NCBI GenBank assembly: GCA_964584985.1
Contig: CAZPBK010000001.1
Location: forward strand, 60,742 to 124,741
DNA length: 64,000 bases
Origin: an uncultured Gammaproteobacteria bacterium
GTDB lineage: Bacteria > Patescibacteriota > Patescibacteriia > UBA11705 > JABHMO01
Reading direction: 5' to 3'
Shown here: one piece after another, positions 58,060 through 64,000 of the stretch
Numbering within the stretch: position 1 is the first letter of the stretch
Layout of the letters: each line of letters starts with the position of its first letter
The notes under the pieces: generated by a model
What the model was told of the DNA's origin: nothing
What the model saw: only the letters and a program-made list of their open reading frames with translations
The model's database searches: none
Position numbers and translations under genes: made by a program

Positions 58060-59154
58060 CTACCGGCCGGATCCTCCTTTTTCCAGACGGTTAATACTTT
58101 CTTCAATTGCTTTGACCACCGACCAATCCCGTTTTTTGCGGTAATGAAAAGGAATTCTGGGCAAATGCCCCACCTTCAAAATTCGCTTCTCACAGGTGAT
58201 GGCTTTGGTCTCTTTTTCAATAGCCAAACACAATTCAATGCTGAGATTCAGACAAAAAACCGAAAATTCTTTAACCTTGGAAATGGGAATTCCGGCCCAA
58301 GCCACCGGATTTCCCAATGGCATGATATAAGGCGCACAATAATTCCCCTCCATGGGTACGCCGAAATACCACTTGCCGATTTCTTCGTGGGAATGGTCAA
58401 ACAATTGCTCCCCCACAATTCGTCCGGAATAATCAACTCCCACAAAAAAATCTCGCTCGGCCACCCAATCGTGCACTCTTTGTCGGGAAAATCTTTCAAC
58501 CCATTCAAAGGGCACATCCAAGGTTTGACAATCCTTTGTCTCATCCCTTATCTCAATACCAATAATAAACTTTTCCACTTCAATCCCGGCACTACCCAGC
58601 AAACTCTTCACGGCCAGTAAAGACTTTCTGGTCCAAGTCCCATCATCAACCACAATCACACGTTTTTTGCGCATAGCCTTGATCCGCCCCTGATTAACAA
58701 TCCTGTCCAACTGTCTTTTGATACTAAGCTCGGTTTCCCTGGGACCGCGACCTATCTCAGACCAAGCAAAAAAAGGATTATTCTGTTCCATAATCTCGGA
58801 GAAATGCACTATGCGCCCCGTGTCAAAAAAGATATCAGCCGTACCTTGCTCCACATAGACCTTGTCCAAGGAAATTACCGGTACATCTTGGGACGCCTTG
58901 CTCAGATGTCGCAAAATTCCCGTTTTAACATATTCCCAAGGAAAGTAACTAAGAGCAATTCCATGCGGAGACAAAATCCTTTCCAATTTTTTTCGCAACT
59001 TTCCGGTTAAACGATCAAAAATCTTTTTGTCCGGTAAGTAAAAAAAACCCTTGCCGTTATTGATAGTCCTGCTGACTAAAACACGCAAATCCCCCGTTAA
59101 AATATAATCCTTAACCAAAGGTTCAGAATATAACAAATGATCACTCCTCGGCAT
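58060..59154 (-). CDS. phosphoribosyltransferase-like orphan protein
   Basis: VIVVDDGTWTRKSL PRPP-loop-like motif; SD GGAGGGAGG; upstream TTGACG-N17-TAAGAT. Confidence 0.6.
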   Translation of the reverse strand: MPRSDHLLYSEPLVKDYILTGDLRVLVSRTINNGKGFFYLPDKKIFDRLTGKLRKKLERILSPHGIALSYFPWEYVKTGILRHLSKASQDVPVISLDKVYVEQGTADIFFDTGRIVHFSEIMEQNNPFFAWSEIGRGPRETELSIKRQLDRIVNQGRIKAMRKKRVIVVDDGTWTRKSLLAVKSLLGSAGIEVEKFIIGIEIRDETKDCQTLDVPFEWVERFSRQRVHDWVAERDFFVGVDYSGRIVGEQLFDHSHEEIGKWYFGVPMEGNYCAPYIMPLGNPVAWAGIPISKVKEFSVFCLNLSIELCLAIEKETKAITCEKRILKVGHLPRIPFHYRKKRDWSVVKAIEESINRLEKGGSGR

Positions 59155-59223
59155 CAAACCTCCCTCCGGGTCAAAAAGAATTAAATGAACAAATATTAAA
59201 AATTCCTTAAATATATCTTATCT

Positions 59224-60060
59224 CTATCTTGCTAAATCGTCAATTTTTAACAATATTTCTTCAACTCCCTTGGCAATCGGCTCCTTGGCTACATAATCAG
59301 CGTTTTTCTTAGCATCTTCACCGGCATTGCCGACAACAAAAAAGTAATTCATTTTACTTTTCAACGGTTTATCCAAAATGTCATCACCAATTACAATATT
59401 TTTATAATTCGGATACTTTTCCTTTAGAACCTGAAAAGCTTTTGCCTTGCTGGTTTCCTTGGGATAAGCCAATAAATTGGCAAATGAAGTTGTATATTCC
59501 AAATCAAAAGGATAGTTCTTTTTTTCAACCAATTCTTTCACTTTTTGATAAAATTCCTTGACCGCCGGAAGATGTTTTGCTAATTGACCGTTTTCAACTT
59601 TTTTGACATGAATACTCAAACTGTATTTTCTATATTGATTAACGAAAAAAATCACAGTATCCTCACCAGGTATTTCTTGAACATCCAAATGCTTGTTAAT
59701 GTCCGTGGTGTCACAATTAAAGATCCTGGAATCTTTAAACTCTTTTTTTACCAAGAAATCAATATCCCGCTTTAACTCTTTTAAGCTTTCAACCGTTTTA
59801 TCACTGACCAATATTTGCTCGGTTTCATTTTCCTGATCATAAATAAAACTACCGTTTTCGCCGATTAAAGGCCCATGTATGTCAAACATTTGAACCACTT
59901 CAAACAAATCCTCCAAAGATCTGTTGGAGTTAATAATAAATATCTCGCCTTCTTCTGAAAGTTGCTTTATTACAGAATTAATTGTCGGAGAATTGGAACG
60001 ATAATCAGTATCCAACAAAGTGCCGTCCACATCCAAGGTAATTAAATATTTATTTTTCAT
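59224..60060 (-). CDS. HAD-superfamily hydrolase (Cof/IIB-like)
   Basis: LDVDGTL, NSNR, ENG, K, GDDILD, VGNA. Confidence 0.85.
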   Translation of the reverse strand: MKNKYLITLDVDGTLLDTDYRSNSPTINSVIKQLSEEGEIFIINSNRSLEDLFEVVQMFDIHGPLIGENGSFIYDQENETEQILVSDKTVESLKELKRDIDFLVKKEFKDSRIFNCDTTDINKHLDVQEIPGEDTVIFFVNQYRKYSLSIHVKKVENGQLAKHLPAVKEFYQKVKELVEKKNYPFDLEYTTSFANLLAYPKETSKAKAFQVLKEKYPNYKNIVIGDDILDKPLKSKMNYFFVVGNAGEDAKKNADYVAKEPIAKGVEEILLKIDDLAR

Positions 60061-60124
60061 AAAAATTATTTTTCATTATATATTAAAAAAAAGATTCGGG
60101 TTTGTCAAATACCTGCCGTTTTTC

Positions 60125-60160
60125 AAAAAAAGCAGACACTTCTCATGTCTGTTTTTTTTT
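60125..60160 (-). terminator. terminator after hisS
   Basis: AAAAGCAGACA-cttctca-TGTCTGTTTT. Confidence 0.65.
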
Positions 60161-60168
60161 AGCTTGTT

Positions 60169-61473
60169 TTACTTGTTTATTTTTTCCAATATTTGGTTTA
60201 AAGTTAGCAAATCCTGCTCTCCTGTTTTCATATTTTTCAAACTGTACTTTTTTTGCTTATCCTCATCCTCTCCGATCAGAACAACATAGGGGATGTTGTA
60301 AGCATTGGCAAAATCCAAGGCTTGTTTTATCTTTTTTTCGGATAAGTTAATATCAGTGTTTAGACCGGCCTTTCTCAACTCCGAGGCAGCTTCCAAAGCT
60401 CTAAAATAATACTTTTTTTCAAAAGGCACAAAATAAACTTGAGCCACAGCTTTTTCATCTTGAACAATCCTTTTGTTCAATTTCATAGCCTCAAAAACAG
60501 TTTCCAAACCAAACCCCACTCCAATCGCAGGATACTCTTTCTTGGAATTAAGAAATCCGGAAATCATTTTGTCATAGCGACCGCCTCCGGCCAGAGAAGA
60601 ATCCAACTCAGACTGATCCTTTAAAAAGACTTCAAAAATATTTCCTGTGTAATAGTCCAAGCCTCTGGCCAATGATGGAATAAATTCTATTGATTCATTA
60701 TTTAAAACTCCCTTGATGGTTCGCTCCAATTCGTCCAAGCCGGAATCATCTCCCAATATCTCACGCAAATTACTAATTTTTTCCCTATTGGAACCTTGAA
60801 TGTTTATTGTTTTAATAATCGTTTCCACTTGATCTTCCTTTAGTCCCTTAGCTTTTAATTCTTCAATCACTTTGCTTTGTCCCATTTTTTCCAATTTATC
60901 CAAAGTTATTATAGTTGTGGCAAACAAATCCTCAGTTAAACCTGCATATTTTAATATGGAGTTTATAACTTTCCGGTTGTTTAAGCTGATTGTAATTTCC
61001 AAATCCAATTTTTCAAAAACTTCGTAAATAAGCTGTAAAATTTCAGCGTCGGCGTTTGTGCTTTTTACTCCCACCATATCAATATCAGCCTGCCAAAACT
61101 CCCTGTAACGACCCAGCTTTACCGGTCCATCGCGAAAAACCTGCCCGATTTGATAACGTTTGAACGGCATTTTCATATTGGGGTTCATTCCAACATATCG
61201 GGCAAAAGGTACGGTAAATTCAGTTCGTAAAACCAAGTCTCTGCCACCTTGGTCTTGAAGCTTGAAAGATTCTTTCATGGCATCGGATTCCTGTCCCGGA
61301 CCAAATTTTGAAGCAAAAAGATCATATCTCTCAATGATCGGGGTTTCAATCGGGTTGTAACCAAAAGACTCAAAAACTTGGCGCAAAGTTTTTACTATTT
61401 TATCTCTGGCTTTTTTTTCTTTCGGAGCAAAATCTCTGACTCCTTTGGCCCTTTTTAATATTTCCGATTTCAT
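60169..61473 (-). CDS. hisS: histidine--tRNA ligase
   Basis: KGVRDF, GRYREFWQAD, LARGLDYYTG, GGGRYD, anticodon-binding domain. Confidence 0.96.
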   Translation of the reverse strand: MKSEILKRAKGVRDFAPKEKKARDKIVKTLRQVFESFGYNPIETPIIERYDLFASKFGPGQESDAMKESFKLQDQGGRDLVLRTEFTVPFARYVGMNPNMKMPFKRYQIGQVFRDGPVKLGRYREFWQADIDMVGVKSTNADAEILQLIYEVFEKLDLEITISLNNRKVINSILKYAGLTEDLFATTIITLDKLEKMGQSKVIEELKAKGLKEDQVETIIKTINIQGSNREKISNLREILGDDSGLDELERTIKGVLNNESIEFIPSLARGLDYYTGNIFEVFLKDQSELDSSLAGGGRYDKMISGFLNSKKEYPAIGVGFGLETVFEAMKLNKRIVQDEKAVAQVYFVPFEKKYYFRALEAASELRKAGLNTDINLSEKKIKQALDFANAYNIPYVVLIGEDEDKQKKYSLKNMKTGEQDLLTLNQILEKINK

Positions 61474-61493
61474 ATATTTTTTTTATAACCAAA

Positions 61494-61570
61494 TGGGGTG
61501 GACGACGGGACTTGAACCCGCGGCCTCTAGTACCACAAACTAGAGCTCTACCAACTGAGCTACGTCCACC
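61494..61570 (-). tRNA. tRNA-His (GTG) with encoded G-1
   Basis: G-GTGGACG...CTAGT-TT-GTG-GT-ACTAG...GGTTCAAGTCC...CGTCCAC-C-CCA, 77 nt. Confidence 0.96.
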
Positions 61571-61580
61571 ATATTTTTAT

Positions 61581-61603
61581 AAAAAACACCGGCTTTTGCC
61601 GGT
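61581..61603 (-). terminator. attenuator/terminator hairpin upstream of tRNA-His
   Basis: ACCGGC-AAAA-GCCGGT-GTTTTTT on the minus strand. Confidence 0.75.
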
Positions 61604-61635
61604 CATTTTAGTATATTCAAATTACAGACCAGCGA

Positions 61636-61680
61636 CTACTGACTCAATCTATGATGACCCTTGTTCATTATTCTTTTCAT
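61636..61680 (-). CDS. putative His leader peptide MKRIMNKGHHRLSQ
   Basis: ATG 7 nt after the -10 box; tandem CAT CAT; stop immediately before the antiterminator arm. Confidence 0.65.
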   Translation of the reverse strand: MKRIMNKGHHRLSQ

Positions 61681-61687
61681 GTATCAT

Positions 61688-61716
61688 ATATTAGCAAATT
61701 TTTTTGTAATTGTCAA
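61688..61716 (-). promoter_or_regulatory. sigma70 promoter of the leader-tRNA-His-hisS unit
   Basis: TTGACA-N17-TAATAT with extended -10 TG. Confidence 0.75.
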
Positions 61717-63410
61717 ATAAGCTTTTGCTTTTTCAAATACTCCAAATCAAAAATATGTTTCTCTCTTTCATGTTTATATTTATCCATATTTAACTTGTTT
61801 TTCTTTATTAAATCAACCATAAATCTCCTACCCAGATACGGAGGCATAATCACATATGTGGCTCCGGCCTTATACATTTTATCGGCCTCACCCGTTTGAT
61901 TAGCCACGCATAAAAATTTAATGCGACTATTACGTTTTTTAACTTTTTTTAACAAATCAACATTAACATCAGCATCCGGAACCGTAGAAATAATCAATTT
62001 TGTCCCAACCATTGGCAAATCTTCAATGAGTTCAGGATCATCGGCCGAACCGTAAACACAATCAACTCCCCGATTAATCAATGACTCAATGACTCTGGGA
62101 TCATGATCCACAATCAAGAAATCCACTTTCATTTTTTTGAATTGTGAAATTAAACCGCCCCCTAAACGATGAGCTCCGAATAAAATAACTTCAAATCTTT
62201 TCTTAGAAAGCTTTTTTTCTCTGCGTCTATGGCGATCGGGAAAAATTTTGGACAAAGGCTTTTTAAACTTTTTTAAAAGCTGGTGATTGTAAGTTATATA
62301 GTAAGTTGAAACCCCGATGGTAATGATACTGACAATGGTCGCCGGTCCTAAAATATATTCCGGCAAATGACCAAAGCCAATTCCTATTCCCATCACAATA
62401 AGGGAAAACTCACTAATCTGGGAGACGGTTAATCCGGCGAAAAAACTGGTTCTAAGAGTATATCGCAACCAACGCATTACCAAAATCATTATTATCGGAT
62501 TTCCTATCAAGATAAACAAAGAAAAAGCAATAATAAACCCAAGGGAATCCTGAACTTGAGATAAATGCACATTGGCTCCCAAAACAACGAAAAAAATTAT
62601 CAAAAAGAAATCCCTGAGAGACTGAATCCTGGAAGCAATTTCTCTTTGATAGGGAGAAACCGAAAGAATAATTCCGGCCACCAGAGCGCCCAATTCCATG
62701 GAAAAATCAAGCTTGTAAAAAACCGAAGCCATAACAAAACAAACGCCCAGACCGAAAATGAACAACATTTCTTTATTATCGGCAAAAATACGATCAACAT
62801 GAGGAACCACAAATTTCAATAATAAATAGATTCCCAAAACAGTTAAGGCCATTTTCCCGGTAAGTATGAACAAAGAAGAAGCTACTTGTCCTTCACTAAC
62901 ATTGGAAAAAGCCGACAATCCTATCAAAAAAAGCATCGCCACCACATCCTGCACCAATAAAAACCCAATGGTTATTTTGCCGTACAAGGTGTCTTGCTCT
63001 TTTTTATCATACAATATACGCAAAATTATAATCGTGCTACTTAAGGCAAAAGCCAAGGAAACATAAAAAGAAACAAGCGGTGCAAAGCCCATAATTCTGG
63101 AAATGGCATATCCGCCGATAGTGGTAAAAATTATTTGAGCCAAACCGGTTATGGTCGCCACTTTTCCCACATCCTTAATCACACTGGGACGCAATCCAAG
63201 ACCGACTATAAACAAAAGCAAAGCAATCCCAATATGAGAAAACGACTCCAGCAAGCCTTCATGAGGAATAATGCCGGTAACCGACGGTCCGACAATTATT
63301 CCGGTAATGATATAGCCAATAACCAAAGGTTGCCTGAGCAACTTCATGATCACCGAAATAATCAAAGCTATTCCCAAAGTAGCTCCCAGTTGTATAAAGA
63401 CATCTGTCAT
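61713..63410 (-). CDS. CPA2/Kef-type cation:proton antiporter with a TrkA-N domain
   Basis: LRQPLVIGYI, LSST, QD, SQISEFS, C-terminal GAHRLG Rossmann fold. Confidence 0.9.
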   Translation of the reverse strand: MTDVFIQLGATLGIALIISVIMKLLRQPLVIGYIITGIIVGPSVTGIIPHEGLLESFSHIGIALLLFIVGLGLRPSVIKDVGKVATITGLAQIIFTTIGGYAISRIMGFAPLVSFYVSLAFALSSTIIILRILYDKKEQDTLYGKITIGFLLVQDVVAMLFLIGLSAFSNVSEGQVASSLFILTGKMALTVLGIYLLLKFVVPHVDRIFADNKEMLFIFGLGVCFVMASVFYKLDFSMELGALVAGIILSVSPYQREIASRIQSLRDFFLIIFFVVLGANVHLSQVQDSLGFIIAFSLFILIGNPIIMILVMRWLRYTLRTSFFAGLTVSQISEFSLIVMGIGIGFGHLPEYILGPATIVSIITIGVSTYYITYNHQLLKKFKKPLSKIFPDRHRRREKKLSKKRFEVILFGAHRLGGGLISQFKKMKVDFLIVDHDPRVIESLINRGVDCVYGSADDPELIEDLPMVGTKLIISTVPDADVNVDLLKKVKKRNSRIKFLCVANQTGEADKMYKAGATYVIMPPYLGRRFMVDLIKKNKLNMDKYKHEREKHIFDLEYLKKQKLI

Positions 63411-63527
63411 TTATTTTGATTTTATTTTTGTTTTCTACTTTTTGTTATCTTGTCCAAAAAGCACTCTAACATACCATTCATTCCTAATCCACATTAATTA
63501 AATCATTATCTTTAAACAATTATGATT

Positions 63528-64000
63528 TTATTCACTTTTGTTCAAGACAATTACCTGGGTCGGATAAGCAAATTCAATTTTTTCTTTTTCAAATTCTTTA
63601 AATATAGCTAAATTGATTTCTTGTTTTTTCTCCATATAATCAGCATAATCATCCGAATTAACCAGGTAAACCAGCTCAAAATTTAAACTAAAGTCACCAA
63701 AAGATTCAAAATGACAACGATCAAAATCCACGCCCTTAATATCTTTTATAATTCTTTTGGTTATGCTCGGTATGGCCTTTAATTTGGTCTGGCTTGTTTC
63801 ATAAATAACGCCCAAATTAACTACCACACGCCGCTGTTCCAACCGTTTGAAGTTTTGGACTCGCGCCGTAGTTAATTCTTTGTTGGAAATAACCAGCTCC
63901 TCACCTTGCAAAGTCCTTATTCTGGTAGTTTTCAAGCCAATCCTTTCCACTGTGCCGGAATCACCGCCAACAGCAATAAAATCTCCAATTTCAAAAGGTT
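63528..64000 (-). CDS. mechanosensitive channel MscS family (5' part outside the window)
   Basis: PFEIGDFI...VERIGLKTTRIR, ISN, IEFAYPT. Confidence 0.9.
   Translation of the reverse strand, partial: PFEIGDFIAVGGDSGTVERIGLKTTRIRTLQGEELVISNKELTTARVQNFKRLEQRRVVVNLGVIYETSQTKLKAIPSITKRIIKDIKGVDFDRCHFESFGDFSLNFELVYLVNSDDYADYMEKKQEINLAIFKEFEKEKIEFAYPTQVIVLNKSE

Noticed and set aside
58051-58620. Long antisense ORFs (also 3873..4190, 4716..5252, 29176..29691, 39415..39804 and other short overlapping ORFs)
   Set aside because: Shadow or alternate-frame ORFs over well-supported genes, with no motifs.
45098-61570. tRNA genes as prophage or island attachment sites
   Set aside because: No integrase and no duplicated tRNA 3' end found in the window.
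63411-63527. Possible riboswitch or leader before the Kef-type antiporter
   Set aside because: No ydaO/c-di-AMP or other recognisable aptamer; only short AT-rich ORFs without supporting structure.
1-64000. CRISPR array, rRNA, intact transposase, recoded stop codons
   Set aside because: No regularly spaced repeats, rRNA or transposase motifs seen; genes read through normally in code 11 and several end in TGA.

Overview
AT-rich bacterial window in genetic code 11 (TGA is used as stop; tRNA-Trp has anticodon CCA). Gene content and style (salvage enzymes, many glycosyltransferases, core genes largely without Shine-Dalgarno sites) suggest a Patescibacteria/CPR (Parcubacteria-like) chromosome; this is inference. 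Content: housekeeping genes (clpB with a CIRCE box, priA, def, fmt, queA, yhaM, hisS, rpmG, tRNA-Trp/Thr/His); all three AmmeMemoRadiSam genes; a large surface-glycan locus with PAPS synthesis (cysD, cysNC, cysQ), a sulfotransferase, Thr-type sulfatase-like enzymes, methyltransferases, a B12 radical SAM and GT-C membrane proteins; a second glycosylation operon; and several self-contained orphan genes. Top finding: an unannotated, apparently leaderless 14-aa leader peptide with tandem His codons and mutually exclusive antiterminator/terminator hairpins directly upstream of tRNA-His and hisS, i.e. a candidate ribosome-mediated attenuator controlling a tRNA gene and its synthetase. Other highlights: an unannotated 52-aa 'RLRELGY' tail-only peptide inside the sulfation locus, a class of orphan genes with strong SD sites (several look like dead enzymes), a TagA-Nudix fusion and a helicase-dead PriA. 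All product calls come from motif recognition by eye; no database search was run.
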